Positions 1 to 11,325 of a DNA stretch of 29,925 nt are shown one piece after another. The DNA is from an uncultured Thiotrichales bacterium. GTDB lineage: Bacteria; Pseudomonadota; Gammaproteobacteria; UWMA-0217. Where the stretch lies: the NCBI GenBank assembly GCA_964596975.1, contig CAZQXF010000001.1:1-29925 (forward strand), written 5' to 3'. The position numbers and the translations under genes are program-made. Under the pieces are notes generated by a model. The model saw only the letters and a list, made by a program, of their open reading frames with translations. It ran no database searches and had not been told where the DNA came from. The first letter of the stretch is position 1. Each line of letters begins with the position of its first letter.

Positions 1-1427
1 TAGTAGCGGTAGTGATCGGGCTTGTAAGGGCCGTCGATCGGTACGCCGATATACTCCGCCTGTTCAGGTGACAATCGGGTCAGGTGCACGCCGATCTTGT
101 CGAGGTGCAGCCTGGCTACTTCTTCGTCAAGGATCTTTGGCAGGACGTAAACCTTGTTCTCGTAGTCGTCCGGCTTGGTGAAGAGTTCGATTTGCGCCAG
201 CACCTGGTTGGTGAACGAGGCCGACATGACGAAGCTGGGATGGCCGGTGGCGCAGCCGAGGTTCACCAGGCGTCCTTCCGCCAGCATGATGATGCGCTTG
301 CCGTCGGGGAAAACGACGTGATCGACCTGGGGCTTGATGTTCTCCCACTTGCAGTCCTTGAGCCCGGCAATGTCGATTTCGTTGTCGAAATGGCCGATGT
401 TGCAGACGATGGCTTCATTTTTCATCGCTGCCATGTGGTCGTGGGTAATAATGTTGAAGTTGCCGGTGGTGGTGACGAAGATGTCCGCGATCGGTGCTGC
501 TTCTTCCATCGTTACGACACGATAGCCTTCCATCGCGGCCTGGAGCGCACAGATCGGATCAATCTCGGTGATCCAGACGGTGGCGCCAAGCCCGCGCAGC
601 GACTGGGCGCTGCCCTTGCCAACATCGCCATAACCGGCGACAACGCAGATCTTGCCGGCGATCATGACATCGGTGGCACGCTTGATGCCGTCGACCAGTG
701 ATTCGCGGCAGCCATAGAGGTTGTCGAACTTCGATTTGGTCACCGAGTCGTTGACATTCATGGCCGGGAACAGCAGTTCACCGCGCTCCATCATCTGGTA
801 GAGACGATGTACTCCGGTGGTCGTCTCTTCGGTGACGCCCTTGATCGACTCGGCCATGCGGTGGTAGCGCTTCGGGTCTTCTTCCAGGCTACGCTTGAGT
901 GTCTTGAGGATCACCTGCCACTCTTCGCTGTCGTCGGCGCTCGGCTCGGGCACAGCGCCGGCATCGGCATATTCGACACCCTTGTGTACCAGCAGCGTGG
1001 CGTCCCCGCCATCGTCGAGGATCATATTGGGAGCGCCGCCATCGGGCCAGTTCAGTACTTGCTCGGTACACCACCAGTATTCTTCCAGAGTCTCGCCTTT
1101 CCAGGCATAAACGGGAATGCCTTCGGCGGCGATGGCGGCGGCAGCGTGATCCTGGGTCGAGAAGATGTTGCAGGAGCACCAGCGCACTTCGGCGCCAAGA
1201 TCGACCAAGGTCTCGATTAGCACAGCAGTCTGGATCGTCATGTGCAGCGAGCCGGTGATGCGTGCGCCGCTCAGGGGCTTGTCCTTGCCGTACTTCTCGC
1301 GCAGCGCCATCAGGCCGGGCATTTCCGTCTCGGCGATGGCGATTTCCTTGCGCCCCCAGTCGGCCAGGGAGATATCGGCAACCTTGTAGTCGGTGAAAGT
1401 GGTTTCGAGATTAGCGTTCAAGTTCAT
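1..1427 (-). CDS. ahcY: S-adenosyl-L-homocysteine hydrolase (adenosylhomocysteinase), about 475 aa; stop codon truncated at window edge
   Basis: Missing from the ORF track because the stop is cut off. Manual translation gives [29 protein letters not shown]...GSLHMTIQT...[10 protein letters not shown]...[10 protein letters not shown]...[20 protein letters not shown]...GYGDVGKG...GHPSFVMS...[10 protein letters not shown], followed by 'TA' at positions 2-1. Start is ATG at 1427 or in-frame TTG at 1421, which sits 7 nt from GGAG. Confidence 0.98.
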   Translation of the reverse strand, partial: MNLNANLETTFTDYKVADISLADWGRKEIAIAETEMPGLMALREKYGKDKPLSGARITGSLHMTIQTAVLIETLVDLGAEVRWCSCNIFSTQDHAAAAIAAEGIPVYAWKGETLEEYWWCTEQVLNWPDGGAPNMILDDGGDATLLVHKGVEYADAGAVPEPSADDSEEWQVILKTLKRSLEEDPKRYHRMAESIKGVTEETTTGVHRLYQMMERGELLFPAMNVNDSVTKSKFDNLYGCRESLVDGIKRATDVMIAGKICVVAGYGDVGKGSAQSLRGLGATVWITEIDPICALQAAMEGYRVVTMEEAAPIADIFVTTTGNFNIITHDHMAAMKNEAIVCNIGHFDNEIDIAGLKDCKWENIKPQVDHVVFPDGKRIIMLAEGRLVNLGCATGHPSFVMSASFTNQVLAQIELFTKPDDYENKVYVLPKILDEEVARLHLDKIGVHLTRLSPEQAEYIGVPIDGPYKPDHYRY

Positions 1428-1451
1428 TCTCCATTGAGTGTTGATGAAAAA

Positions 1452-1540
1452 TGAGCGCCGTTGTTACAGGTGAAACCTCGGAACAGAGGGTTCGCGTCGG
1501 GGCTGAGCCTGGCGGAAATCCGTCGCAACGCTCCTCAGCC
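1452..1540 (-). ncRNA. SAH riboswitch upstream of ahcY
   Basis: The minus strand reads GGCTGAGGAGCGTTGCGACGGATTTCCGCCAGGCTCAGCC...CAACGGCGCTCA. It shows the GGCUGAG/CUCAGCC stem, the GAGGAGCGUUGC core, the CCAGGCUC motif and the CAACGGCGCUC pseudoknot partner typical of the SAH aptamer. The position directly 5' of ahcY is as expected. Confidence 0.9.
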
Positions 1541-1579
1541 CGCGCGGGCGGCCATGCCGGCCACCCGCGGAAGAGGATG

Positions 1580-2752
1580 TCAGGCCACCTTAGTGATGTT
1601 GGCGGCGGCCTTCAAGTCTTCTGCCTTGTCGGTGCGTTCCCAGGGCAGGTCGATGTCTTCGCGACCAAAATGTCCGTAGGCAGCGGTCTGTTGATAGATG
1701 GGTTGAATCAGATTCAGCATCTTGACCAGTCCGTAAGGGCGCAGATCGAAATGTTCGCGGATCAGTGCCTCGATGGCGTCATCGTCCATTTTGCCGGTAC
1801 CAAAAGTATCGACCGAGATGGAAGTCGGTTCGGCAACGCCGATGGCGTAGGAGACCTGAATCTCGCAGCGTTCGGCCAGCCCGGCAGCCACAAGGTTCTT
1901 GGCGACATAACGGCAGGCATAGGCGGCAGAGCGGTCGACTTTCGAGGGGTCCTTGCCCGAAAAGGCGCCGCCACCGTGGCGTGCCATGCCGCCATAGGTA
2001 TCGACGATGATCTTGCGACCGGTGAGCCCGCAGTCACCGACTGGGCCACCAATGATGAACTGGCCAGTGGGGTTGATGTGATATTGGGTGTCGGCAGAGA
2101 CCCACTCGCTGGGCACGACAGGCTTGATGATCTCTTCCATCACCGCCTCGCGCAGATCCTGCTGCGAAATGTCCGGATCGTGCTGAGTCGACAGCACGAC
2201 GGCTTCGATGCCGACCGGCTTGCCGTTTTCATAGCGAAACGTGACCTGGCTCTTTGCGTCCGGGCGTAACCAGGGCAGTGTGCCGTTCTGTCGTACATCG
2301 TGCTGGCGCCGCACCAACCGATGCGAAAATGTGATGGGCGCTGGCATCAATACATCGGTTTCGTTGGTGGCGTAGCCGAACATCAGCCCCTGATCGCCCG
2401 CGCCTTGCTCCTCTGGGGCGCTCCGATCTACGCCCATCGCAATGTCGGGAGATTGCTTGCCGATTGCCGACATGACAGCGCAGGTGTCGCCATCGAAGCC
2501 GATGTCGGAATTGTTGTAGCCAATGTCGGTCACCGCCTTGCGAACGACATCTTCATATTCGACCTGGGCCGATGTGGTGACCTCACCAGCGACCAGCACC
2601 ATGCCTGTCTTCACCAGGGTCTCGCAGGCCACGCGTGCACCTGGGTCCTGTTCTAGGATGGCGTCGAGAATGGCATCGGAGACCTGGTCGGCAACCTTGT
2701 CGGGATGGCCAGCGGAGACGGATTCGGATGTGAATTGAGAACTGTTGGACAT
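1580..2752 (-). CDS. metK: S-adenosylmethionine synthetase (390 aa from ATG 2752)
   Basis: Motifs [29 protein letters not shown] and [19 protein letters not shown]. The ORF-track start at 2812 is probably 20 codons too early. Confidence 0.98.
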   Translation of the reverse strand: MSNSSQFTSESVSAGHPDKVADQVSDAILDAILEQDPGARVACETLVKTGMVLVAGEVTTSAQVEYEDVVRKAVTDIGYNNSDIGFDGDTCAVMSAIGKQSPDIAMGVDRSAPEEQGAGDQGLMFGYATNETDVLMPAPITFSHRLVRRQHDVRQNGTLPWLRPDAKSQVTFRYENGKPVGIEAVVLSTQHDPDISQQDLREAVMEEIIKPVVPSEWVSADTQYHINPTGQFIIGGPVGDCGLTGRKIIVDTYGGMARHGGGAFSGKDPSKVDRSAAYACRYVAKNLVAAGLAERCEIQVSYAIGVAEPTSISVDTFGTGKMDDDAIEALIREHFDLRPYGLVKMLNLIQPIYQQTAAYGHFGREDIDLPWERTDKAEDLKAAANITKVA

Positions 2753-2966
2753 GCGGGCTTCCATGTGATGAGAGCGAAAAATTGGTGCACAAGTGTATAT
2801 GAAGCGAAACATCGAAAACCAGAGCTACTTCAAAAACTCATGCCATCGGCGCTGATCGAGCCGGAATTCCAGCAGCGCAAGTATAAAAATTCTGAATATC
2901 CACTATTGAAAAGTTCTGTAAGCTGCTGATAAAAAATAAAATAAGATATTTTTTCTGCGATTCTGC

Positions 2967-3002
2967 TTGCTCGTGCGCAACATTTACGTGAGAATGTTGC
3001 GC
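2967..3002 (+). promoter_or_regulatory. Candidate sigma-70 promoter for tkt overlapped by a perfect inverted repeat (possible operator)
   Basis: TTGCTC (2967-2972), 17-nt spacer, GAGAAT (2990-2995), with an AT-rich tract upstream (about 2928-2955). Inverted repeat GCGCAACATT (2975-2984)-N8-AATGTTGCGC (2993-3002). Confidence 0.4.
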
Positions 3003-3163
3003 CTGAAATTGCACCGCCGGGTACCTTGGGTCGCTATCAAAACAAGTAACAGGCCTGACTCAGCGGCTCGACCAGAATTTTATCCCGCCAGCACGGCCAG
3101 CCGTTACTCGGTGCCTGCTGACGCTCAAGTTTTTCACATGACAACCCTGCCGGGAGTTTTTTT

Positions 3164-5149
3164 ATGCCATCTCGTAGAGACTTAGCCAATGCCATCCGCG
3201 CATTAAGCATGGACGCTGTTCAGAAAGCCAACTCGGGGCACCCAGGTGCACCCATGGGAATGGCCGACATCGCGGAAGTGCTGTTCAATGATTTCATGAA
3301 GCACAATCCGGGGAATCCCAAATGGGTCGATCGCGACCGCTTCATCATGTCCAATGGCCACGGTTCGATGCTGCCTTATTCAGTGCTCCACCTCACTGGG
3401 TACGATTTGAGCATCGATGATCTGAAAAACTTCCGTCAGCTACATTCGAAGACACCGGGTCACCCGGAGTATGGTTACGCGCCGGGCATCGAGACCACCA
3501 CCGGCCCGTTGGGGCAGGGCATTACCAATGGCGTCGGCATGGCCATTGCCGAGCGCGCACTGGCGGCGCATTTCAATCGCGATGGGCACGAAGTTGTCGA
3601 TCACAATACCTATGTGTTCCTTGGTGATGGCTGTCTGATGGAAGGCATCTCACACGAAGCCTGTTCTATTGCAGGTACGCTGGGCCTCGGCAAGCTGATC
3701 GCTTTCTATGACGACAACAACATCTCCATTGATGGTGAGGTTGAAGGCTGGTTTACTGATGACACGCCGAAGCGTTTTGAAGCCTATGGCTGGCAGGTGA
3801 TTCCTGATGTTGATGGCCATGATCCAGACGCAATCAAAGCGGCAGTCGAATCTGCGCGTTCGGTCACTGACAAGCCCACGCTGATCTGCTGCAAGACCAC
3901 CATTGGTTTTGGTTCGCCCAACAAGTCCGGCAAAGAGGATTGCCACGGTGCACCGCTGGGTGAGGAGGAGATCGAGCTGACCCGCAAGGCGCTGGGTTGG
4001 GAATACGGCCCCTTCGAGATTCCCGAAGAGATCTACGAAGCATGGAGTGCGGTTTCCAAGGGTGAAGCTGCCGAAAAGGCATGGAACGAGAAAATGGCTG
4101 CCTATCGCGAAGCCTATCCGGAGCTTGCGGCAGAATTCGAGATGCGCATGGCAGGTGAGCTGGGTGATGACTGGAGCAAGAAAGCGGACGCCGTGATCAA
4201 GTCGGTAGCCGAAAAGGGTGAAAGCATCGCCAGCCGCAAGGCATCCCAGAATGCGATTGAAGCACTGAGCAAGTTCACTTACTTCATGGGCGGCTCGGCA
4301 GACCTTGCTGGATCCAACCTCACCATTGTCTCCAATTCCGTGCCGATGCGCGCCAATCAGCCTGATGCCAATTACATCAACTGGGGCGTGCGCGAGTTCG
4401 GCATGACCGCGGCGATCAATGGTATCGCGTTGCATGGCGGCTTCGTTCCGTATGGCGCGACTTTCCTGATGTTCTCCGAATACGCGCGTAATGCGCTGCG
4501 TATGGCGGCATTGATGAAAATCCAGAATATCGAAGTCTTCACCCATGACTCGATCGGTCTGGGCGAGGACGGGCCTACTCACCAGCCGGTCGAGCAGGTG
4601 GCCACACTGCGCATGATCCCGAATATGAGCCTGTGGCGCCCCTGCGATGCCGTCGAGTCGGCAGTAGCCTGGAAGATGGCGGTATTGCGCAAGAACGGGC
4701 CTACCAGCCTCATCTTCTCGCGCCAGAATCTGCCTCATCAGGCGCGTAGCGATGAGCAGATCAAGCTGATCGAGCGTGGCGGTTACATCCTCAAGGATTG
4801 CGACGGCACGCCCGATGCAATCATCATTGCAACCGGCTCCGAAGTCGGTCTGGCCATGGACGCAGCTGCTGCGATCACCGACAAGAAGGTTCGTGTCGTG
4901 TCGATGCCGTCCACCGATGTCTTCGATGCGCAGGACGATGCCTACAAGGAATCCGTGCTCCCCACTGCCGTGACGGCAAGGGTCGCCGTCGAAGCGGGTG
5001 TCACTGCGTTCTGGGCCAAGTATGTTGGCCTGCAGGGTGCCGTGGTTGGTATCGATACCTTTGGTGAGTCGGCCCCAGCGTCGGATCTGTTCAAGGAGTT
5101 CGGTTTCACGGTCGAGAACGTGGTCAAGGCCGTCAACAGCGTCGCCTGA
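3164..5149 (+). CDS. tkt: Transketolase
   Basis: Motifs [30 protein letters not shown], the ThDP motif GDGCLMEG...YDDN, and [16 protein letters not shown]. Confidence 0.98.
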   Translation: MPSRRDLANAIRALSMDAVQKANSGHPGAPMGMADIAEVLFNDFMKHNPGNPKWVDRDRFIMSNGHGSMLPYSVLHLTGYDLSIDDLKNFRQLHSKTPGHPEYGYAPGIETTTGPLGQGITNGVGMAIAERALAAHFNRDGHEVVDHNTYVFLGDGCLMEGISHEACSIAGTLGLGKLIAFYDDNNISIDGEVEGWFTDDTPKRFEAYGWQVIPDVDGHDPDAIKAAVESARSVTDKPTLICCKTTIGFGSPNKSGKEDCHGAPLGEEEIELTRKALGWEYGPFEIPEEIYEAWSAVSKGEAAEKAWNEKMAAYREAYPELAAEFEMRMAGELGDDWSKKADAVIKSVAEKGESIASRKASQNAIEALSKFTYFMGGSADLAGSNLTIVSNSVPMRANQPDANYINWGVREFGMTAAINGIALHGGFVPYGATFLMFSEYARNALRMAALMKIQNIEVFTHDSIGLGEDGPTHQPVEQVATLRMIPNMSLWRPCDAVESAVAWKMAVLRKNGPTSLIFSRQNLPHQARSDEQIKLIERGGYILKDCDGTPDAIIIATGSEVGLAMDAAAAITDKKVRVVSMPSTDVFDAQDDAYKESVLPTAVTARVAVEAGVTAFWAKYVGLQGAVVGIDTFGESAPASDLFKEFGFTVENVVKAVNSVA

Positions 5150-5159
5150 AGCTAATTCG

Positions 5160-5189
5160 TCTGCCCCGTCGTTGCGGGGCAGATTTGTA
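5160..5189 (+). terminator. GC-rich hairpin after tkt (weak terminator or RNA-stability hairpin)
   Basis: TCTGCCCCG-tcgttg-CGGGGCAGA followed by TTTGTAT. Confidence 0.5.
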
Positions 5190-5208
5190 TTGTCCGTTAA
5201 AAAGTTAG

Positions 5209-6222
<1,014 letters not shown>

Positions 6223-6239
6223 TCGACCGTTGTGATCGA

Positions 6240-6272
6240 CCGGAAGGCAGCAGCGCTGCCTTCCGGTGTTTT
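6240..6272 (+). terminator. Terminator-like hairpin 1 after gap
   Basis: CCGGAAGGCAGC-agc-GCTGCCTTCCGG (12-bp stem) followed by TGTTTTT. Confidence 0.6.
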
Positions 6273-6286
6273 TCCGATTAAAGAGG

Positions 6287-6323
6287 CATTTGCCAAACCA
6301 TCTGGCTTGGCAAATGTTTTTTT
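6287..6323 (+). terminator. Terminator-like hairpin 2 after gap
   Basis: CATTTGCCAA-10 nt-TTGGCAAATG followed by a T-run. Confidence 0.6.
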
Positions 6324-6352
6324 GTTGAATCATCTCCGTGGGAGTGGATGCT

Positions 6353-7534
6353 ATGTCAATAATCAAGATGACAGACCTGGACCTGGCCGGAAAGCGTGTG
6401 CTGATCCGTGAAGACCTCAATGTGCCGATCAAGGATGGCAAGGTGGCATCGGACAAGCGTATTCGCGCGTCGATGCCGACCATTGAGCATGCAATGAATG
6501 CAGGTGCCAAGGTCATGCTGATGTCCCATCTCGGACGTCCGACCGAAGGCGAGCCGGCTGAGGAATTCTCGCTCCAGCCTGTTGCTGATCACCTGTCCGG
6601 CCTGCTGGGTAAGGAAGTGCGTCTGATCAAGGACTATCTCGACAACCCGCCCCAGCTCGAAGATGGCGAAGTCGTCATCCTCGAAAATGTCCGTTTCAAC
6701 AAGGGCGAAAAGGCGAACGATGAAGTCCTGTCGAAAAAATATGCCGCGCTTTGTGATGTCTATGTGATGGATGCTTTCGGTACGGCGCATCGCGCACAGG
6801 CATCCACTCATGGTGTTGGTACTTTTGCGCCAGTTGCCTGCGCTGGCCCGCTGCTGGCCGGTGAGCTGGACGCGCTCGGCAAAGCGCTGAACAATCCAAA
6901 GCGTCCAATGGTCGCGATTGTCGGTGGCTCCAAAGTGTCCACCAAGCTGACGGTACTGGAGTCATTGTCGCAGATCGTCGATCAGCTGATCCCCGGTGGT
7001 GGCATCGCCAACACCTTTATTGCTGCGATGGGGCACAATGTGGGCAAATCACTCTATGAAGAAGACCTGGTAGCAGAAGCCAAGCGCCTGATGGAAGCGG
7101 CCAGGGCAAAAGGCGGCGAGATCCCCGTGCCTACCGATGTCGTCGTCGGCAAGGAGTTTTCCGAAACGACCGAGGCGACCGTCAAGAAGGTCGAGGATGT
7201 TGCGGACGATGACATGATCTTCGATATTGGCCCCGAGACCGCCGCGCGCTTCGCCAGCATGATGAAGGAAGCCGGCACCATCGTCTGGAATGGCCCGGTC
7301 GGTGTTTTCGAATTCGATCAGTTTGCCGAAGGCACGAAGGTGCTGGGTGAGGCGATCGCGGAATCCGATGGATTCTCCATCGCCGGTGGTGGTGACACCC
7401 TGGCTGCGGTCGACAAGTATGGTCTGGCAGACCGGATTTCCTACATTTCCACCGGTGGCGGCGCGTTCCTGGAGTTTCTTGAAGGCAAAAAGCTGCCGGC
7501 GGTCGAAATGCTGGAACAGCGGGCGAAGGGCTAG
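6353..7534 (+). CDS. pgk: Phosphoglycerate kinase (393 aa from ATG 6353)
   Basis: Motifs [40 protein letters not shown] and HISTGGGA-like [15 protein letters not shown]. Confidence 0.98.
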   Translation: MSIIKMTDLDLAGKRVLIREDLNVPIKDGKVASDKRIRASMPTIEHAMNAGAKVMLMSHLGRPTEGEPAEEFSLQPVADHLSGLLGKEVRLIKDYLDNPPQLEDGEVVILENVRFNKGEKANDEVLSKKYAALCDVYVMDAFGTAHRAQASTHGVGTFAPVACAGPLLAGELDALGKALNNPKRPMVAIVGGSKVSTKLTVLESLSQIVDQLIPGGGIANTFIAAMGHNVGKSLYEEDLVAEAKRLMEAARAKGGEIPVPTDVVVGKEFSETTEATVKKVEDVADDDMIFDIGPETAARFASMMKEAGTIVWNGPVGVFEFDQFAEGTKVLGEAIAESDGFSIAGGGDTLAAVDKYGLADRISYISTGGGAFLEFLEGKKLPAVEMLEQRAKG

Positions 7535-7543
7535 GTCCCGGCG

Positions 7544-9028
7544 ATGAGCGACGGATCACCGATCTGCCACCGCAATTCCCGCGGCCTGAGGCGCACCAAG
7601 ATTCTGGCGACGCTGGGACCTGCCAGCGAATCGCCGGAAATGCTCCGGGCATTGGTGGAAGCGGGTGTCGATGTCGTGCGCATGAACTTTTCTCATGGTA
7701 CGCGTGAAGATCACGTCAAGCGTGCGGAGATGATTCGTGAGGCGGCTCACGACTGTGGCTGTGAGGTCGCCATACTCGGTGATCTGCAAGGGCCGAAGAT
7801 CCGCATCGAGAAATTCAGGGACGGTAGTGTGCAGTTGCAGGAGGGGGATCATTTCATCCTCGATACGTCGCTGGGCACTGACGACGGCAATGTCGAACGT
7901 GTTGGCGTCACCTATAAGACCCTGGCCAGCGAGGTCTATCCCGATGATCTGCTGTTGCTCGACGATGGGCGGATTGTGCTGAAGGTCGAAAAGGTCGAGG
8001 GATCGGAGATCCACACCATTGTCATCACCGGCGGCAAGTTGTCCAACAACAAGGGTATCAACCGCAAAGGCGGTGGCCTCTCCGCTTCTGCGCTGACGGA
8101 AAAGGACAAGCGCGATATCAGGCTCGCTGCCGAACTCGACGTCGACTATCTCGCGGTATCGTTTCCGCGCGATGGTAACGACATGGAAGAAGCTCGCCGC
8201 CTGCTGAGTGAGGCCGGTAGCGAGGCTTGTCTGGTCGCCAAGATCGAGCGCGCTGAAGCGTTGGAGAACATCGAAGAGATTCTGGCCGCTTCGGATGCGA
8301 TCATGGTCGCACGGGGTGATCTGGGTGTGGAAATCGGCGACGCCGAACTGCCTGCGGTGCAGAAGGATCTGATCCACAAGGCGCGTGTCTACGATCGTAT
8401 TGTGGTGACCGCGACGCAGATGATGGAGTCGATGATCGAAAACCCGATTCCTACCCGCGCCGAGGTCTTCGATGTGGCGAATGCCGTACTCGATGGGACC
8501 GACGCGGTGATGCTTTCCGGGGAAACGGCCGTTGGCAAATACCCGGCAAGGGTGGTCGAGGCCATGGGTAACATCTGCATCGAGGCAGAGAAGCAGTCGC
8601 TGGCGAGAAAGTCGGATCACCGCATCAATACCACGTTTCAGCATATCGACGAAGCGATTGCGATGGCAACGATGTATACGGCCAACCACGCCAACGTCCG
8701 TGCGATTGCTGCCTTGACCGAGACCGGTTCGACGCCGAAATGGATGTCGCGGATCAGCTCTGGCATTCCCATTTATGCGATGTCTCAGCGGCCCAAGACC
8801 CGGCGCCGCGTCAAGCTGTATCGGGGTGTCTATCCGGTCGATTTTCCGACCAGCACGACCTCGCACGAACGTGTGAACATGACGGCCGTGGATATCCTCA
8901 AAAAACACAAGGTCGTCGAGGATGGCGATATCGTCATTATTACCAAGGGCGATCTGATGGGGGATGGCGGCGGCACCAATGCGATGAAGATCGTGGTGGT
9001 CGGGAAGCTGGTCGAACCACTCGATTGA
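7544..9028 (+). CDS. pyk: Pyruvate kinase (PykA / type II-like)
   Basis: Motifs RRTKILATLGPAS, RMNFSHG, DLQGPKIR, AKIERAEA, MVARGDLGVE, ATQMMESM and DGTDAVMLSGETA. Confidence 0.97.
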   Translation: MSDGSPICHRNSRGLRRTKILATLGPASESPEMLRALVEAGVDVVRMNFSHGTREDHVKRAEMIREAAHDCGCEVAILGDLQGPKIRIEKFRDGSVQLQEGDHFILDTSLGTDDGNVERVGVTYKTLASEVYPDDLLLLDDGRIVLKVEKVEGSEIHTIVITGGKLSNNKGINRKGGGLSASALTEKDKRDIRLAAELDVDYLAVSFPRDGNDMEEARRLLSEAGSEACLVAKIERAEALENIEEILAASDAIMVARGDLGVEIGDAELPAVQKDLIHKARVYDRIVVTATQMMESMIENPIPTRAEVFDVANAVLDGTDAVMLSGETAVGKYPARVVEAMGNICIEAEKQSLARKSDHRINTTFQHIDEAIAMATMYTANHANVRAIAALTETGSTPKWMSRISSGIPIYAMSQRPKTRRRVKLYRGVYPVDFPTSTTSHERVNMTAVDILKKHKVVEDGDIVIITKGDLMGDGGGTNAMKIVVVGKLVEPLD

Positions 9029-9133
9029 CGGTGAGGCTTCCCTTCCGGCCATGTATGAATTTCCATTGCGGTTGTCGACCGGGATAACCTGTAGCGGTTT
9101 TGCTGGATAGATCAACAATCGTTATTTGTAGGT

Positions 9134-9205
9134 AACTGTTCAGCGCTCGCTCAAGTACAACCGTAACTGCTCAGAGAGTGGTCCGATAGATCAAGAACTG
9201 CTCAG
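9134..9205 (+). repeat. Three direct repeats AACTG(T/C)TCAG at exact 31-bp periodicity upstream of fba
   Basis: AACTGTTCAG at 9134, AACTGCTCAG at 9165 and AACTGCTCAG at 9196. GATAGATCAA also occurs twice, at 9106 and 9185. Confidence 0.85.
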
Positions 9206-9240
9206 AATTTTTTTATCACTAAAGAAAGGAGACAAGTCTT

Positions 9241-10305
9241 ATGGCACTGATCTCAATGCGTCAACTTCTCGACCATGCCGCCGAAAACGGCTACGGCATG
9301 CCTGCATTCAACGTCAACAATATGGAGCAGGTCCACGCCATTATGCAGGCGGCGGATGAAACCAATTCACCTGTCATCATGCAAGGCTCCGCCGGTGCGC
9401 GTTCCTATGCTGGCGAGCCGTTCCTGCGTCACCTGATTTCAGCTGCCGTGGAAATGTATCCGCATATCCCCGTGGTCATGCACCAGGATCACGGCTCCGA
9501 GCCGGCGGTATGTCTGCGTTCAATCCAGTCCGGTTTCACCTCGGTCATGATGGACGGCTCGCTGATGGCCGACATGAAGACGCCAGCCAGTTTTGAGTAC
9601 AACGTTGAAGTCACGCGCAAGGTCGTCGAAATGGCCCATGCTGGTGGTGTTTCGGTTGAAGGCGAGCTGGGCTGCCTGGGGTCTCTGGAAACCGGCGAGA
9701 TGGGTGAAGAAGACGGCCACGGTGCAGAAGGCAAGCTGGACATGGATCAGCTGCTGACCGATCCCGAAGAAGCGGCCGAGTTCGTCAAGCAGACCGGCGT
9801 CGACGCGCTGGCGATTGCGATTGGTACTTCTCACGGCGCCTACAAGTTCACCAAAGAGCCGACCGGCGATATCCTGCGGATTGACCGTATCAAGGAGATT
9901 CACGCCCGCCTGCCCAACACGCATCTGGTCATGCACGGTTCTTCGTCTGTTCCCCAGGATTGGTTGGAGATCATCAACAGCTACGGCGGTGACATGGGCC
10001 AGACCTATGGTGTGCCCGTTGAGGAAATCGTCGAAGGTATCAAGAATGGCGTTCGCAAGGTCAATATCGATACCGACCTGCGTATGGCATCCACCGGCGC
10101 AATTCGCAAGCATCTGGCAGAAAACCCGTCGAACTTCGATCCGCGCAAATTCCTCAAAGCTTCCACAGCGGCGATGAAGGATATCTGCAAGGCGCGTTAT
10201 GAAGCGTTCGGTTCTGCAGGACAGGCTGACAAGATCAAGCCCGTCTCGCTGGAAGTGATGTACAAGCGTTATGAGTCGGGTGAGCTGGACCAGAAGGTCA
10301 CCTGA
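9241..10305 (+). CDS. fba: Class II fructose-bisphosphate aldolase (type B, CbbA-like)
   Basis: Motifs [55 protein letters not shown] and KVNIDTDLR; SD sequence AAAGGAG. Confidence 0.97.
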   Translation: MALISMRQLLDHAAENGYGMPAFNVNNMEQVHAIMQAADETNSPVIMQGSAGARSYAGEPFLRHLISAAVEMYPHIPVVMHQDHGSEPAVCLRSIQSGFTSVMMDGSLMADMKTPASFEYNVEVTRKVVEMAHAGGVSVEGELGCLGSLETGEMGEEDGHGAEGKLDMDQLLTDPEEAAEFVKQTGVDALAIAIGTSHGAYKFTKEPTGDILRIDRIKEIHARLPNTHLVMHGSSSVPQDWLEIINSYGGDMGQTYGVPVEEIVEGIKNGVRKVNIDTDLRMASTGAIRKHLAENPSNFDPRKFLKASTAAMKDICKARYEAFGSAGQADKIKPVSLEVMYKRYESGELDQKVT

Positions 10306-10362
10306 TTGAGGTTGGCCCGGCATTCCCACCGGGTGGCGAGAACGCCGGGCTGGATTGATGCC

Positions 10363-10395
10363 GAAAAGGGCGGTTGCTTGCAACCGCCCTTTTTC
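10363..10395. terminator. Intrinsic terminator after fba (bidirectional architecture)
   Basis: GAAAAGGGCGGTTGC-tt-GCAACCGCCCTTTTTC, with A and T tracts flanking a GC stem. Confidence 0.85.
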
Positions 10396-10418
10396 GTTGC
10401 AAGTAGTGAAGGTGTTAC

Positions 10419-10619
10419 ATGGTATTGAGGGTTTTTCTCATTCTGCACTGGGTAGGTATTGGTCTCGTTGCGCTGGGGCTCTACCTCTGGTTGTTTTCGG
10501 CCGCGAAAGCGGGTGACGTCAATCAGATGGTGTGGACAGCCACAGCTTTTGGCCTGGGAGGGCTGCTGATGTCACCCTACCCCGTGGTGAAGGCTTTCCA
10601 GTGGATGTCCAGCAAGTGA
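10419..10619 (+). CDS. Small hypothetical membrane protein (66 aa, 2 predicted TM segments)
   Basis: Two hydrophobic stretches joined by a short polar linker, ending SPYPVVKAFQW; SD-like GAAGGTG upstream. It fills the gap between the fba terminator and bioD. Confidence 0.65.
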   Translation: MVLRVFLILHWVGIGLVALGLYLWLFSAAKAGDVNQMVWTATAFGLGGLLMSPYPVVKAFQWMSSK

Positions 10620-11255
10620 AAACAGCGCGCCGACGTCCAGTGGCGCATTGTAGCCAAGGTGGATGACTGGCCTGGACTGAAGCGAGCGCAGCTGCGCCAG
10701 ATTCTCAGCTAACGCCAGGGCAGGATCGCTATCGTTCAACACAATCGCGAGGACTTCCAGGCCGCGATGCTGGATGGCTTCCAGTGTCAGCAGCACATGG
10801 TTGATACAACCGAGCCGGTTGGCCGCGACCAGCACTAGCGGATATGACAGCAGGCTGGCAAGGTCGGCATTGAGCGCCTGTTCCGCCAATGGTGAATAGA
10901 AACCGCCGGCGCCTTCGATAAGGGTGAGATTTTCATCGCTGCTGCCGCAGGCGATGACGAGTTCATCCAGTGTCAATTGGGTGCCAGCCATGCGGGCGGC
11001 AAGTGGCGGTGCGACCGCCGCTTCGAAGCGGAACGGGCATATCTGTTGCAGCGGCACCGTACCCGCAAGGGCGCGATGGTAGCGTAGCGCATCCGCGGGC
11101 CGCAGTTCGCCATAGACCAGCTTGCAACCCGATTCCACCGGTTTGCGTGCGCTGACTGCGACACCCCGTTGTCTGAGGCTGGTAATGATCTGCGTCCCCA
11201 CGAGCGTCTTGCCGACGCCAGTGTCCGTGCCGGTGATAAACACGCCTTTCAGCAT
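10572..11255 (-). CDS. bioD: Dethiobiotin synthase (227 aa from ATG 11255)
   Basis: MLKGVFITGTDTGVGKT Walker A motif, KPVESG, LIEGAGG and NRLGCINH; GAGGAG upstream. The ORF-track extension to 11639 overlaps murB and is not credible. Confidence 0.95.
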   Translation of the reverse strand: MLKGVFITGTDTGVGKTLVGTQIITSLRQRGVAVSARKPVESGCKLVYGELRPADALRYHRALAGTVPLQQICPFRFEAAVAPPLAARMAGTQLTLDELVIACGSSDENLTLIEGAGGFYSPLAEQALNADLASLLSYPLVLVAANRLGCINHVLLTLEAIQHRGLEVLAIVLNDSDPALALAENLAQLRSLQSRPVIHLGYNAPLDVGALFSLAGHPLESLHHGVG

Positions 11256-11325
11256 CTTCTGAATAATCTCCTCTGACGGGCACCAATACTGCATAATCCT
11301 GCGCTCACTGTCACCGGAAATTCGA

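Noticed and set aside
84-1454. Plus-strand ORFs of 205, 137 and 70 aa over ahcY
   Set aside because: They are antisense shadows of ahcY with no recognisable motifs.
1451-2269. 272-aa plus-strand ORF
   Set aside because: It is antisense to metK and runs through the riboswitch; a shadow ORF.
9102-9194. Possible FNR boxes ending in ATCAA upstream of fba
   Set aside because: Only right half-sites are present. The left halves (GCTGG, GTCCG) do not match TTGAT.
9134-9205. The fba upstream repeats read as a mini-CRISPR or iterons
   Set aside because: The 10-bp repeats and 21-bp spacers are too short for CRISPR, and there are no cas or rep genes.
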